Positions 10,954 through 25,983 of a DNA stretch of 64,000 nt are shown piece by piece. This DNA comes from Octopus vulgaris (lineage: Eukaryota). The stretch spans positions 38,874,001-38,938,000 of the forward strand of contig OX597828.1 in NCBI GenBank assembly GCA_951406725.2, read 5' to 3'. The notes under the pieces are model-generated. The model worked only from the letters and a program-made list of their open reading frames with translations, did no database searches and was not told the DNA's origin. The translations under genes were made by a program, and so were the position numbers. Within the stretch, counting starts at the first letter, position 1, and each line of letters starts with the position of its first letter.

Positions 10954-13298
10954 TCACACATTTTTCCAAATATTTTCACTGCACTGAAATAGCCTAGATT
11001 TAATTTCCATTCACTATAAAACCTCCTCCAGTGATAGCAATTTACTGTTTATTCTAATTAACATGGTTTGAGGACGGAGTATCAATCCAACTTCTATAAC
11101 TCTATTGTTCATCATTATAAACTATTTCTTTGGTCTCTGGATTGGTTATATTACTGGTCATATTCGTGCACGTTTTCACTGTATTTGAAGAAGTATTTAT
11201 AGAATGTTGTTGGAAATGTTATTGGGGAATCCACATATTGCAGTGGTTTTAGATCTTGAATGCTGGTAACTGTAGTGGTTAGTGATAATTTATTAACTGC
11301 AGTGAGGAGTACTTCATTAACTATAGTAATAAGTGGTACTTAAGAAACTTATCTGGCATGCAACAAACTGCATTATTCTCACTGGTCATGGTGGGCCTAT
11401 GAATGCCATGGGCACAACACCTTCCTCCAGACCAAACCAATGCAAAAAGAAAAAACAAATAGTGGTGAATGCTTTAATAGACTTATGATCACTGATTGTC
11501 ATTAATTAACAGCCACAACACATCAACCTGTCATTTTTCATTTGAGTTTATGAAAATATCCATTTGGTCAGTTTTGAATGAACATCTAGTGGTTAATTTT
11601 TGTATTAACTAATGTTATTTATGACAACTGGACTTAAATTCAAGTGTTAAGCTATCTAATACCAAAACTGAAAACATCTGTTCAAAATAAAAATCTAATT
11701 GCTGAATCTTGAGTACTTCACTAAACACTCTTGTATCAGATTTAGCTTGTTTAGTTACATATATAAATTTAAATATTTCATAATACAGTTTGTATTTCTC
11801 TTTGAATTTCTTTTTTCTGGGCAAGGATAATTGATAGTATTTTGTATATGAATTGAACAAGTCATTACAAGTTTTAGAATTGTCAAATAACTGTTCTTTT
11901 GAGTACTGTCATCCATACTAAAACCAAACCTGCTCACTTTGTTTGGAAACCACTTAGACACATAAGTAGCACTGTATAACTAGTCTGTTCCAGCCTACAT
12001 TTATCATTGTATACCTATTTTCTCATGTTGATGTGGATTGGACAGGTATGTTCCCATACAGCTTCTCTATACATGTTGCTTTTCTTCATTTGATACACAC
12101 AATAAAAACAGTCTCCAGTGTTTGTTGCCATGATTTTTGGCATGGTTCTTGCAGAGAGATGTCCTTTCTATTGCCAACCACTTTAAGGCATGGACTGGGT
12201 ATATTTCATTATGTGGTCAACATTTTGCTATTCTAACAGAGCCTTGATCTCAGGTGTTTCAGGTTCATCCACTAATAAACACCTACACTTATCAGTGACA
12301 TCCTAAAAATAACTATTTTGAAATGGCCTAATTCTGATTCAGTCAAGCACAAAACCTAAATACATATCATAATAAGGAATCTGAATCCGTATTATATGCT
12401 TCAACATGATACTTCAATAATATAAAAGCAGATGGTAAATTAGGTGCAACTTCCTTTCCATGCACACAGATAACCACTATTGCATGACTATACTGAAGCA
12501 GAATATATCTGATAGTTAGTTACTCCCAGATCTGAAATACCTCTGGCCAGATACACATTCAACAATTACTCACTGCTGTTATTGAATACAACAAATTTGC
12601 CTCTGTTACAAGACTTTGCCCATCAGTAATTTTATCTACATTAAAGGGTTTAAATAGGTGAGATAATTCTTATCAATACTGTCATACTCTTTACATCTTC
12701 AGGTTTCTTGCATCTATTTCAGCATAAACTCAGTCATCACAATTTTTTCTAGAGGCTTCAACATCTTGCATTTTGAGAGAGAGCTAATTGCAACATGGAG
12801 CAAAATTGTTCCTTTCTGAAATCTACATATTTAAAAACCTATAACAATAAATCCTCATATAACCTTAGCTATGACACTTTTATTTATTTTGAATAACCAT
12901 TGTTATACAAAGAAAATAATTTGAGTATAGTTATGACTCCAGTTTATTCTTTCAATGGTTGGATTTATTTGACTGCTGCTGTTTTGGGTACAACTTTAAG
13001 AGCTAGTTGATCACATTCAGTACTTGCATTTGACACTCTGGTAAACATACGCTGATGTGTGTGCGTGTATATATACATACATAAACACACAACCTTAATA
13101 CATGATACACACACACACACATATATAATGTATGGCTGTGTTGTTGTGAAGTCTGTTTTATAGTTACATGGTTTTGGCAAGAGGAGACTGATAGAATGAG
13201 TATCAAATTTTAAAATAAGTCCTGAAATCAATTTGATTGACTAAATCCTTCAAGACAGTACCCTAGCATGATTGCAGCCCGACACAAGTAAATGAGTA

Positions 13299-13347
<49 letters not shown>

Positions 13348-13353
13348 CACATA

Positions 13354-13431
13354 TGGGGTGGACCATAATGATGGGACACATTTTAAAGATTCTAGCATTT
13401 AAAATGCATCCCATCGTTATGGACCACTCTG
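13354..13431. mobile_element. 78-bp palindromic Tc1/mariner-like MITE
   Basis: TGGGGTGGACCATAATGATGGGACACATTTTAAA versus reverse complement of the right arm CAGAGTGGTCCATAACGATGGGATGCATTTTAAA; embedded in (TA)/(CA) repeats. Confidence 0.6.
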
Positions 13432-16400
13432 TGTGTATATATATAGATAGATAGGTAGGTAGGTAGGTAGATTCTCCTGGCAATCTCTATATATGAAGAT
13501 CCAACAGCCTAGCTATTAGTCTAACCATGCAGATGGTTTGCTTTAAATAATGAAGACTTGTACAGGGTCAGCCACACTTTTGGGAAATGCTGACGGTAGA
13601 AAGTTGGTGCAAATGTTGTCCCAAACTCAATGAGCAGCATACCTCAATCTTTTCTATTAGCATTCTCCTTCTCCTGGGTTAGTTGTCTTTGCCACAGCTT
13701 AGAGTCCAACCTACCCTGGTAGGCTAGATGTACGCCTGGGTACCAATCTAGAAATTTCTTAGTCCTCCTGCATATATAGTTGGATGACTGTTGGTGCTTC
13801 TATTTCATCCACTCTTTGACAGGTTTTGGTTTTCATCCAGCAGTGTGTCCAAAAACCACCCTACACACAATCTTTTTCTCTCTCTTTTCTTTTCCTTTTT
13901 AGTCTGAGGTGGAAGGGCTGTGTTCGTAACTTTTTTCAAAGACTGTGATATTGGTGGGTGGCAGAAAGGGAGGAAGTTATCTTCAGTTGTGGAACATAAC
14001 TCAAATACTTGCAGCAGTGAACTCCACCAAGGACACCCAAGGGCCAAGGGTTGTGGCGTTGAACTGGTCTGTGAATTAAACCCACTACCCAAAAGCAGTG
14101 CTTCCTTTGACTGGCTTTCACACAATTTCTGCCTACCAAATTTCACTCACAAGACTTTGATCAATCTGTAAAAAATACTGTACTGCACAGTGGAATCAAA
14201 TCGAAAACCACATAGCTACAAAGCAAAGTTCTTAACCACAAGGCCATGCCTGCATTCATGTATGTATGAGTTTATGAGTAGTGACAGAAGAGTTGATTAT
14301 CCAGCTATAGCTATATGCTTGCATTAAAATAACTGTTGAATTAGGTCTTTCATACTTTTTTCAGCTATAGTGATTAGTAAGACAAACCAAATAGGACTGT
14401 TTCATATGAGCTGAGAGTGAACTGGTATTCTCTGTTCAGATATTTTGTGCTTCACAAATTAGTTTAGTGTAATTTGAGGGTTAATGCTCTGGTATAAGCA
14501 TCACTGTTAATTAACTACTCTGGTGAAATTCATTGTTCAGGAATGAATCTAGGCTTTGGAAATAAAACAGCCGCATGATAAAATTGTAGGTAGTCATGAT
14601 CACTGCATCATTTTGTACACCACGAATTCCATTGGCAGGGTATGATTCATTCATATTGGCTGCTGTTTCTAAAAGATCAAATGTCTTCATAGAAGGTCAC
14701 TCTTTCTCTCTCTCTCTCTCTCGGCTTGATTTAGAGGCCTTTAAAGACCAGTGTATTCAATGTGGTAGATGTTCTTAAACTGCTAATTGATAAGAAAAAC
14801 ATATGCAAAGAGAGAATTTTAGAGGGTTGATGCCTTGAAAGGATTTAAAAAAGAGGGAGTTAGTGCAGAACTTTGGTTGGGTAGAAAATGTAGGCATCAA
14901 GAGGAGCAGATACAAGTGAGTTGTGTGGAACTAGCAAAACCAACCAGTTTCAAAGTACAAAGGCCACTATAGAACCAGTTGAAAAGGCAGTAAAGAAACT
15001 GCATATCTTTGGGCCAAAAGTTGGAGTGTGCTGGTGAACAACTCCTTACCAATGAATCTAGTGACATTATTTTAGATGCAGTTTTGGATGTGTGTGCAGC
15101 AATAGGAGCATTATCTTAGATATAAAAACTGTATTTCACTGTGTCTCCTTTAGATTTTGTAGAGATGTAGCAACCATTCACAGTTGAAGTGCATTCTGAC
15201 CCTGAAGAGAAAGGCCAGTTTTGGGATTGTTGATTGTTATATTGTTGGGGTGTGAGTGTCCAGAAAAATTGTCAGTGATTGTGAGGTCTAGCTTTTATAG
15301 CAACTATGAAATTTTGAGTTGTATATCGTCTGTATATGTGCAAGTGTTTCTCAATGTAGATGGTGATTGTGGCTGTATGCTGGTAGAGACAAGATCATGA
15401 TAAAACTCTAGTACCTGGTGGAAGTTGATAGAGGATGCGGAAGTAAATATATGTGCAAAAATAACAGGGAAATATGCAAATTATATTTATCACTCCCAAA
15501 ATACTATTCTGGTATGATTCACTGCAGAAGTTCATCAAGAACAACATTTCTTGTGTAAACATGAGGCTGATAGTCATTTCATGGTGTAGATTACAGATAC
15601 TGCAGTAGACTACATGCTAAAGTAGCATCAAGATTTCTTATGGTTGTTGTGGTGCCAGGCAAACCATCTGAATTTATGAACATTAAAATATTATGAGACA
15701 ATGAGGATAGAATGGACTTTTGTATACAAAAAATAAGCAGAACAACTCCGGCAAGTAAGTGGAGACCTTTTGAAAATTTAGTAAGATTTTTATGGTCTTA
15801 ATGGAAAAAAATCAAATCAAATGCAAGTTCTACAGTGTGGCTGCAACTTACCTCAAAAGAACTGTTTGGGTTACAATAATGATGAAGAAATCTCTTATAA
15901 ATGTTGCAATGCATGGCAAATCATCAAAATTTATGACTACTAAAACATTAGTTAAGCATTAAGCAGAATGAACTTCCAAATACAAAAGACAAACAGAACA
16001 ACTAAATAGAGACGCTGTTAGAGTAAATTAAGTTGAAATGCTGTTGGATAATTTAGAAAGCTTCAAACTGTTTTATTAAGCATTATGAGACAGCAAAAAA
16101 TCAACAGAACAACTCCAGCTTGTGTCAAATAATTTAGAAGGTGTACATTTTATAAAGTGGAATAAATTCAACAGCTTCAAATGCTAAAGTGTTACTCAGA
16201 AAATAAAGTATATATACAAAAACTTGTAGCCTATTATTATGTATATATTGATGGTAGCCGAAGGCCATTTGTAACATGAGCTAAAAATGCTGAAAGTATA
16301 ATTACTCTCTCATACCTTCTGACTTTGCAATAAAAGTTAACCATATCACCATCTATCTTCAATTCAAGACTACAGATGAGAAATGAAGTCTATTCTTGAC

Positions 16401-19400
16401 GAAATTCAACAAAAATTTCATCCAGTTTAGAAATTTGTCAATGATTAAAACCCCAGAGATAACAATGAAACTACTTCACTATTTGACAAATGGCGTTGTT
16501 AGGTGGCTGCCCACCACTGGACCAACCTATGATCAATAAGGAAGAATGGATACTACAGAAAACATGAACTTTGGTGCAATTGTTCTGGTTTTTGCTCTGT
16601 ACTAAATAATTATCCCAGCTGAATTGTAATCACCTGATCACAATGACAGTTTACGTGATGTCCCCACTGAAGAGTTAAAACCTAATCTAAATATTCTGGA
16701 CCTATGGAACATCCCTAGCAAAGTGATATAATGGTTTCAGCTTGAATTGGCATGATTCCATAGGAGAATGCTTTCAAAGTCTGTGAAAATAAATGTTTAT
16801 ACGTTGCATTAAATGGCACTTGTTTGCAGGATGCACCAAAAGTTGATAGTGTTAGTCAGTGAGAGAGAGCTCCACTAGCACATGCTGCACTTTTACAGAA
16901 AGCTTTTGATCCAAGGCAAGCAGTTTAGTGTAGAAGTTTCACTGCCAGGTATGGTTGAATCCTTGGATTCCTGTTTGTAGCTTTGTTTGTTGTCATTGGT
17001 TTCAACATCAAAATCTTGTGCTCGCTTGGCATCAGTCAAAAACAGAGAGAATAAGGTATGAGATCATGTTCCAGTCAGTTGGGCAACATCCCAAGGCTTT
17101 ACCTACAGCTCAAGGCCTTTGTAATATCTGGCAGTGACCTCTGCTGGAAAACCTTTTCAACCTGTTCTCTCTAACTATTCATACAAGGCATAAGAAAATG
17201 CAGTGGATGGTGACTTGTTGCAAGAATGTGATATCCCCTAAATTCAAATCCTTCAAACAGTGAACTCTACTAAAGTCACTTGTGGATCAGGAGATGCTGT
17301 TAAACTGGGCAGTATGTTGAGCTTACCACTCAGAAAAGAAATATAGGTCGGAGCATGGTGTAGCATAATCATCAACCCTGAGAGGTTATGTTGTTAGAGA
17401 CTTCGAGCCCATTCTATTGTTTGATTATTAGCTACTCGAAAAACTTGGTCTGATAGATTTGCTACTTTCACTGTGATGTAACTTAAATAAAAAGACTAAG
17501 CTGTCAGAATCTTTATCTTCCTATTTTTTCTTCTTTCTATACTGGAGTTAGTAACTATAATATTAAGTTGCTCGAAATTTGTCCAGAAGTTCCTTGAATT
17601 TTACTGAAATCATGTAGTACCTATTCTGTTTGCCTCAGTTTGCTTAACTGAGAGTAGTTGCCATCTCCACTTCATAGAAAATTTAACTGTAGGAAAGGCT
17701 CCCAACTGCAAATCTGTTTGGTTTAAAAGTTATTCAAATCCAAATCTTCCAAAATTGTATTAGTGTAGAAAACTTGTTGAAATTCTGTTGGACTAGTTCT
17801 GTCCAGTTATATGTATGTTAGAATATAAAAGAAACTCATACAAGCATACTTGTGCAATATTCATTCCACGTTTTATTTCGCACTAACTCCACTTTGTCTG
17901 CAGTCAATAACCAAGGACATTTTACTTTCATTTACATCCCTGGCATGACAATTTAAAAAGAATTTTTTTCTCCTTCGTAAGAAATACCAAATTTATCTCA
18001 GCTTGTTTAATCTCAAATTCAACAGATAAAATTCATTTTATTTCTGGCTTAACATTTCTTGAACTTCCTTGTCACCCCACACCCTACCCCATGTATCAAG
18101 TTCAGACACAACATCACATGTGTGATAAATTACATTAACTGATTTTTAAAGTGATTCAAACATATATGTAGTCTGTGTAACATGGAGACAGCAATTTCCC
18201 TATATCTACGAGTGGTTTGATCATTAATCCTACACCCTCTACACTGGTTAGTAGCTGTCAGTTTGTTGTAAGTGTAAGTTATTGTAATTTCTATGTTAAT
18301 TCCCTGCCACCCTAATTGAAATGTAACTAGACCACATGCACATTCATTGTTCACCTGCCTTATAAAAATGTCACTACTTATTTCGAGGATAATTTCAGTT
18401 CTGAGCAACAGTTGACTCAACGAAGCACAAATATACCCCAACACTGGAGGGTTGTTCTCATATCTGGTTTAGTGCACCATCAGTTATTGGCACCTTAGAT
18501 TAGATATACCAGAAAGCCATATGCTTTTCATGGCTACTGTAAACCTTCAATCTTGTACTTATTGTCATGCTGTGTTCTTTTCTGTTGCTACTTAAAACAT
18601 GTTCATTTTCACAACTAGCATTCAAAGCTTCCATTCAAACCTATCATTACATTCACTTCTTTATTTGTTTCTTCCCTTGCTTTGTTTCTCTTTGACAGCC
18701 ACTTCCATATAAAATTTGCTCATTCCCCGTACATTTCTTCATTATGCCATCCTCAACCTTTTCAGATTTCACCTTAACTATAAGTTTTACAACTCCCTAA
18801 TCTACAATACCTCATACACCCATGCATACAGAATAAACTAACATTAACAATGTTCATCTTCCTAAGACTATAAAAACTCATCCTACAACTTTTTCTTGTT
18901 GAGGTGTTGATGATTCAACCACTGACTACCAATTTGCTTTCAGCCAGTTCCTTTAATGGATTTTACATTGAGAACACTGGAACCATTGTGTCCAGAAGCT
19001 CATGCAGACCATTTATATTACATTTCAATCAGCTATCTTCCAAAAATGATTGGCTTCTTTCAATAAGAGCAGTATAGGAAGCCATTAAGATAGCTTCTTG
19101 TAGCTTTTGTATTTGAACAAGTGTATTGTATGTTTATATAAGTATATACCTGTGTGTGTGTGTGTGTGTATTAGAAAGATCTTGTAGTTGTTCATAAGAA
19201 TATGGCTCAAACACTTGGAATAAAAAGAATCTAAAGTGTGCAGTCTTGAGTGTCTAATGTCTGCTTTACATCCTGGCTTGGGATGGATGGTGTAACTGGT
19301 TTCTATGGTTAGATACCTTTCCTAACACCAACCACTTTACAATGTGTACTGGGTGCTTTTTTTGTACCACCAACACTGGTAGAGTCACCAAGGAACATGC

Positions 19401-19608
19401 ATGGCAAGGAAAAACAAGAAAAGGGAAAGTCCTCACAGCTGGGAGTGGGGTGAGGGGGGGAGGCAGATATTTGATAGGGTGTCTTGCTATGAAGAAAATA
19501 TGGCTACTCCAAATGAGTTCATCAAAATGTATTTTGTTAGTCTTTATTTCTCATAAAATATATTCTATATAAATATGTGGTGTGTATGTTTATATACTTG
19601 CATGTGTA

Positions 19609-19646
<38 letters not shown>

Positions 19647-19737
19647 CAGAGGTATGGCATGTAGTTAAGAAATTTGTTTCACAATGACATGGTCTTGATT
19701 TGATTCCACTGCATGGCATGTTGGACTTTTTTGTTAA

Positions 19738-19960
19738 CCCTTTTGATACCATCCTACCCAAGGCAACCCTTGGTCGTATGGTACAAACTTCCTGTTTTAA
19801 AGTAATCTAAGTTAAAACCTTCCATCAAAATTTCATGTTAATTTATGTTGCAAACACCAGCTTAATAATGACAAAATTATTTTACTGAATTCTTTGTTAT
19901 TTTCAAAATAAAAATGGAACAAAAGTAGTGTATTTCAAGAGATATATGGCATCGAAAGAG
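19738..19960. mobile_element. piggyBac-like MITE
   Basis: TTAA|CCCTTTTGATACCA ... TGGCATCGAAAGAG|TTAT; a related internal sequence recurs at ~61306-61430. Confidence 0.6.
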
Positions 19961-19969
19961 TTATGCTTA

Positions 19970-20854
19970 CGAGATGATATCGAAAGGTTCCCAAACTAGT
20001 TACATTCAATAAAAAATAACTTATTTGCCTAAGTTTTAACATCAACTTCGAAATAGTCACCTTGCGCAGCATACACCAGTCTGGGCATTCCTGCCACTTT
20101 TGGAATCCAGTATAGAAATTATTTTCCGTAAGTGAGTTGAGGACTTTCTGCAATTCGCTCTGGATCTCGATAACAGTGTTAAAATGGCAACCATTGAGCT
20201 GCATTTTCATCTTGGGGAGGAGATGGAAGTCAGCAGGTGCTAAATCTGGTGAATAAGGTTGGTGAGAAACTCACAAGTGAGATCTCCATGACAGGGTGCA
20301 TTGTGATCGTGAAGAATCTGAGTCTTTGTGCTCTGTGGATCTGGTTGCTTTCACCAAACATCCCCACTCAAACACTTTAAAATGTCATAGTAGAACTCGC
20401 AATTGATGGTCTGGTTTTAGGGGACAAATTCTCGATGCACAATACCACATTTCCAATGGTGACTCTTGTGATAGGTCTTCCAGATCGCTCATTGTCTTCC
20501 AGGGGCATTCTGTCCTTTTTGAAGCACCCATGCCACTTAAAACATTGCTCACAACTCATTACCTCGTCTCCGTAAGCTTGCTGAAGCATGCTCACTGTCT
20601 CTGTAGCAGACTTCCCAAGTTTAATGCAAGATTTCACATTGGATCTTTGTTCCTGTCCATGACAAAGTTTCAGACTACAGCACACAAGTGATCACAAAAA
20701 CACAAATTTCACAACTCAAGAAGTAAACACAGCAATGTCACTCGGCACACTGCCTCATGAAGGTCACTGCTAGCTCTTGCTCTGCACACAACAGTATGCT
20801 GCCATCTGTTGGCATGATATAGAACTAGTCTGTGAACTTTTTGATACCACATAA
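19970..20854 (-). mobile_element. Internally deleted mariner transposon
   Basis: N-terminal HTH fragment EQRSNVKSCIKLGKSATET..AYGD..FKW..F..LEDNERSGRP and C-terminal PYSPDLAPADF..KMKMQLNG.HF; degenerate TIRs (..GATATCGAAAGGTTCCCAAACTAGT / ACTAGTCTGTGAACTTTTTGATACC) flanked by TA. Confidence 0.85.
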
Positions 20855-22642
20855 TAAGCTGACCCAAGCCTTGTAAGTGAGTGAAAATGGATTAAAGGAT
20901 TTTTGTAGCAGACTGTCAATAGACTACCTGTAATTCAAAAGTTTCACATCGTCACACTTGTGTTGGACTGATTTTACTTGAGAATTATAAGGGTACATGT
21001 TTCTCTGGAATACTCAGCCACCTGCTAATTCAGTAAGTTATTCAGTTAATCAAGCAACAGGATGCTCGTGTGTCGTTCTCTAAAGGAGAATCCATCATCA
21101 CATTTATTACATATCAAAGTCTTCCAGTTTGACAGGAGCTGGCAAGCCAGAAGACTTCACCAAGTTCTACTGTCTGCTTTGGTAGAGTTTTTACAACTGG
21201 ATGCCCTTCCTGATGCCAACCACTTTACAGAGTGTACTGGATGCTTGGTGCCAACAGCAGTAACTTGCAAGACAAAACCCTTCAAGACAAAGCAAGGTGT
21301 AGTATTGAGGGAGTTGGCTTTGTGTCTGGTGATGAGGGCTTAGAGTATGAATAGAGGGACAGAAATAGGTTCTTACTGTATGTGAGAGCCATGGCTATCT
21401 CAATTGGAGAGAAAAGAGTTGATATGACAGGACATACTCATGTTACAGAGGCAAGTGAAGTGGAACTAAGTGTTGGACAGGGTGAATGGGTGGGTAAGTT
21501 TGAAGCTACGAAAGTAGAGTTGGAGATGGAAGAGAGTGGTGTTAGGAGGGTATGTTGTAGGGAAGAGATTCAGCAGGGACACATTGTGTACAGGTAGATT
21601 CATGAGGGTGCAAAAGGAGAATGGGAGATAGAAGGAAGGGGAATACAGCAATTGATGAAAGAAGGGATGTCCAGGAGAGGTTTGTCAGGGACAGATTGTG
21701 TGCAGGGCCATGGACATTAACATGTTTTTGTGGCCTCAGTTTTACTTAGCTGAATGGGTCTTCTCAGGCATAAGCATTTGTTAATCATCTCAGCATTGTT
21801 TTTGCTCTCTTTGAATTACTGGCATTGCAACTTGGAGGGTTCATGTCTTTTCTGTTTGTTCCTTATATATTTTAATGTAGATCAAATCATTAGTTTTATA
21901 TCTATTTTGATTTAAAGATATTTGTTGTGCCCTAGTTCTCCACATGTCCCAACCGTGTCATTTCTTCTATAAATAATGTCTTGTGTTCTCAGTTCTGACC
22001 TGACTATTTATGTTTTCTCAACTCTTCTATTGTCGACCTCTATTTAAATATTTATATTGTTTTTCACAACACATTCTGTGAGACTTTGGCCAAGTTTGAT
22101 GATGTATTGTTATAACTACTCAAAAATACATAAATGTTTTTCCCCCTCAGTAAGCCAATCACTAGTGAAAGGAAGTGTAGGTTCAAAAATGTGACCTTTG
22201 ACTCAGAACCATTTCAGATTGTTAAAGATTCAACAGCCTAAAAAGCAAGGACTCTGATATAGCTAATTCTAGCTGCCAACTTTAGCTAAGTTTCTGGGAA
22301 AATTTTTACATGGATTGTCTATGCTACCCATATTAAAATAAACTGTATACTTCATCTGAATCCAAAAATAGCAATGTACCTGAATGAAGGGTAGGTGTTA
22401 GATTACTGACTTGCTTGGTCAGCATGTGATGGTGTTCGATACCAACTGGGAAAATGTATTCTTTTTTTTTTTCCTCTCAAGTTGTATTGTTTACGAAAGT
22501 GTGACATCAGATGCCTCCCACCCACACCTCTTTTTTCAGTATCCCTCAGATACATTTCTTCTCTTGGTACCTTTGTTGATCAATTCACATGTTTCAGCAG
22601 CATTATATTGTACAAACATGATTGTACTCTCTTTTTCTCTCC

Positions 22643-22688
<46 letters not shown>

Positions 22689-24789
22689 GCATATTGACAC
22701 CTAGCTACTCTGATATTTCTGGTTAAAAAAAAAAAAGGCAAAAAACACATTGCACAACTAGAGGACATTACTCGACTCATTCTATCCCAGTTGTCGCATA
22801 TTTCACTACATACTATTCAGCAACACATTCCTTACTCAGCATATAGTTCGCATTCCATATGAATACACCCATATACATTATGTAGTTGCAGGTCTTTATA
22901 GGCTGATTTGTTTCATTGCACTTACGCACACCATTATATTATAGAAAAGTATCCATGAAAATCTTTTCACATTTCTTGGTGTTCTTTAAAATAGCGATAA
23001 TAGGAGAATGTTGAAGTATTTCAAGAAATTTATTCAAAAAACCTAAAGCTTAAAACAGGACAGCAGTGAAATACTAATTCTTTCTCAATTCATGCCAACC
23101 TCTTTCAGAAGTATTTTCTATTCATGTTATTAAGAATTGCTCATTTCACCTTATTTTGTGGAAGTTCTTTTAATTCAAAATGTATGTGATTTTATTAAAT
23201 ACGCGAGTCAGAAGGTCAAAAGTTCAAAACCCCATTGTCTTCAGAGGACAAAAAACGAAAACCTGTTCAATATATTGTTCAGAAATGCATGATGAAAATA
23301 ATTTAGTAGTTGTCCAAAATCACATAGTTTTAGTATCTGATTAGTGCAGTTTGACTTAACCGATAAGAATTGCTAGCATGATGATGGTGGTGGTGGGTGT
23401 AACGTTACTGAAAACTAATACAGGCTCAAGATAAATTAAATATATAAAATTACAAAATAAACCCAGTCTTATGAATGCATTACTTAAATTTACCAAGTTT
23501 CACCCATATTCTTTTCAGGTAGAATATTATGTATATGACCATTTTAACCAGTACGACTAGAGCTAATGTTTGTATATGAAGGTGGTGGATAGCAGGATCA
23601 GTAGAGCATCAGAAAAAAATACCTTGTGATACTTAGTTGCATCCCTCTATAGTCTGAGTTAAAATTCCACACTTTGCCTTTGATTCGTCTGAGGTCAATA
23701 CAGTAAGTACCAGTCTCCCTGTACTGGGACCTGTACAGTCTACTAAACCTTTAAAGACAAGACAGTGCTCCTGTGTTGCTGCAGTCTAGTAACTAAAAAC
23801 AGTTGGAGATTATCGACAAGTCTGAAAACTACATTCAGCTAATCAGGGATCTTAGTTCATGCTTAGAAAATTTAGAAATGAATACGTTAAAGATTCTGTA
23901 ATTCATTTTTAAAAGTTTTTTATCACTAAAAATGCTCTTTTTGTGGCTTGTAATTTGAATTCACTTTCCTCCTTCAGAATTGATAGAATAAGTACAAGTC
24001 AACACTGGGGTCCATAATCAACTATATGCTTGCAAGCAGTGCCCTTGTATTATCAGTGCAAAGACTGAAACTAGCAAAAGGGAAAGGATGTAAGATATAA
24101 CAGATAAGCTTTGCTTTTCTAAATACTTTATCATTGTTTGGAGATCATTCTTAAGATAATGTTGTAAGTGTTGAGAAGTTAAAGTTGTTGAATTGCCTTG
24201 GTTTAGGTATGTTTACAAAGCGACATAGTATGGAACTTGTTCATTGAATGTTCAACATCAACTCCTGAATCAATATAATGGGTAGGTCAGAACCTTATTT
24301 GGGTCAGTGCTATACATTGTTCTTCTGTGACCATGGTTATTTACCTAAGATATAGTTTCTGTTTAGACTGCATTCTAGTTTGATGTCCAGACTGTTCGTG
24401 TTTGTCTTGTGGATTAAGTGGTGGCCTCTGTGGAAACTTGCGATGGGAGTTACAACAAAACCATCTGAGTGTTATGTTGGAACTTGAAAGTGGAAATTAA
24501 TGCTTTTATTATATAACTGATATGTTTAAATGTGTACACCAATAAACACGCATTGACATGTATTGAACAAAATGTCAACATTTTCACTTTAGAATACAAA
24601 TTTTTTTTACATATCCCCCTCTCTTGTTTTATTTGATATTCTATTTATGCCTAAAACTGAAATTACTTAGAAGAAATGCATACATATGTCTTTGTAATAT
24701 TAATATTTACAATTAAAAAATTAGATGTACCATTGAAAAACATGTAACATTTAGCAAAAATATACATGTCCATAGACTGACATGTAACA

Positions 24790-25015
24790 CGAGGGTAAGT
24801 CAAGAATTATATGCCCTCTTGTTTCTATGCACTTCTGCCAGCAGTCCACAAGCTTGCTTGTTCCATTAGAGAAGGTTTTCTGCTGCTCAAGCAGCCATTT
24901 ATGCACCACTTGCACTTTGTCAGTAGCAAATCAATGACCTTGTAAAGGATGCTTGAGCAGTCCAAAGATGTCATAATCTGAAGGGGCATATGCAGGGCAT
25001 TCCAGCAACTCATAC
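24790..25015 (-). mobile_element. Mariner relic (transposase C-terminus plus TIR)
   Basis: Minus strand reads PAYAPSDYDIFGLLKHPLQGH*FATDKVQVVHKWL..Q.KTFSNG..KLVDCWQKCIE; ends in TIR-like CGAGGGTAAGTCAA. Confidence 0.65.
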
Positions 25016-25409
25016 ATTACTCTATATATGTTATTAGGTATTTATATATTTTTAATTGAGTTGTTAATGCTGATTGTTAGACTATTTTCTTCATCTTGGC
25101 TGTCTGTTGTGATCAAGATTAACACAACATTTGGATCAGCTATCAGTAGTTATCTTCATGTGATATATCTATTCTTAAGCTAGGGATTCAATTTGTGTCC
25201 ATTTTTTGTAGAATCTGCTGCTCTAGCAATGGGACATGGGCTCTAGAGTAGGTTATATTGGTTTCAAATTTTGGCATAAGGCCAGTAGTTTTAGGAAAGG
25301 CAGGGTCGAGTCTCGGCAGGATTTGAACTCAGTACATAAAAACAGACAAAATGCCACTAAGCATTTTGCCTGGCATGCTAATGATGCTGCCAGTTCACTG
25401 CCTTATCTG

Positions 25410-25983
25410 GCACCACAGGCTAAAGGGTCTTCACCCACATAAGGTGTTGTTATCTGTTTGGTGGAATATGAAAGGTTTAATCCACTTTGAACTTTTAAAC
25501 CTAAACCAAATGATAACAAAAAAGATCTACAGTGAACAGCTTGAGTGGATTATGCCAGCGCTAGAAGAAAAACGACCATCTTTGGTTTCAAGACGAAAGG
25601 TGTTCTTCCATCTGAATTATGCTCAGCCATATACAACAAGGATGACATTCCAAAGGCTGGAGCGGTTTGAATGAAAAACGATGCCTCACTCACCATATTC
25701 ACTGGACATTGCCCCATCTGATTACCATTTATTCTGCAGTCTTCAAAATCATTTGGACAGAAAAAAATATGAATTCTGTAGACGAGATCAAAACAGTATT
25801 GGAGGAGGATTTTTCATCACAGACAAGTGAATTTGGGAAGAGGGGCCTTGTGAGTCTACCAAATAGATGGAAGAGCATTGTAGGAAATGGAGAGTATATT
25901 CTAGATTAAAAAAGAACTTTATCTTAATTTTGAAAAATAAAAGACATTTTAAAAAAACCCGCATTATTTATGAGATGACTCAT
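25410..25983 (+). mobile_element. Mariner relic (catalytic domain to 3' TIR), Mos1/mellifera-like
   Basis: GLHPHKVLLSVWWNMKGLIHFELL..RRKVFFH..PHSPYSLDIAPSDYHLF.SLQNHL, with a stop and a frameshift; TIR-like CCGCATTATTTATGAGATGACTCA. Confidence 0.85.
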
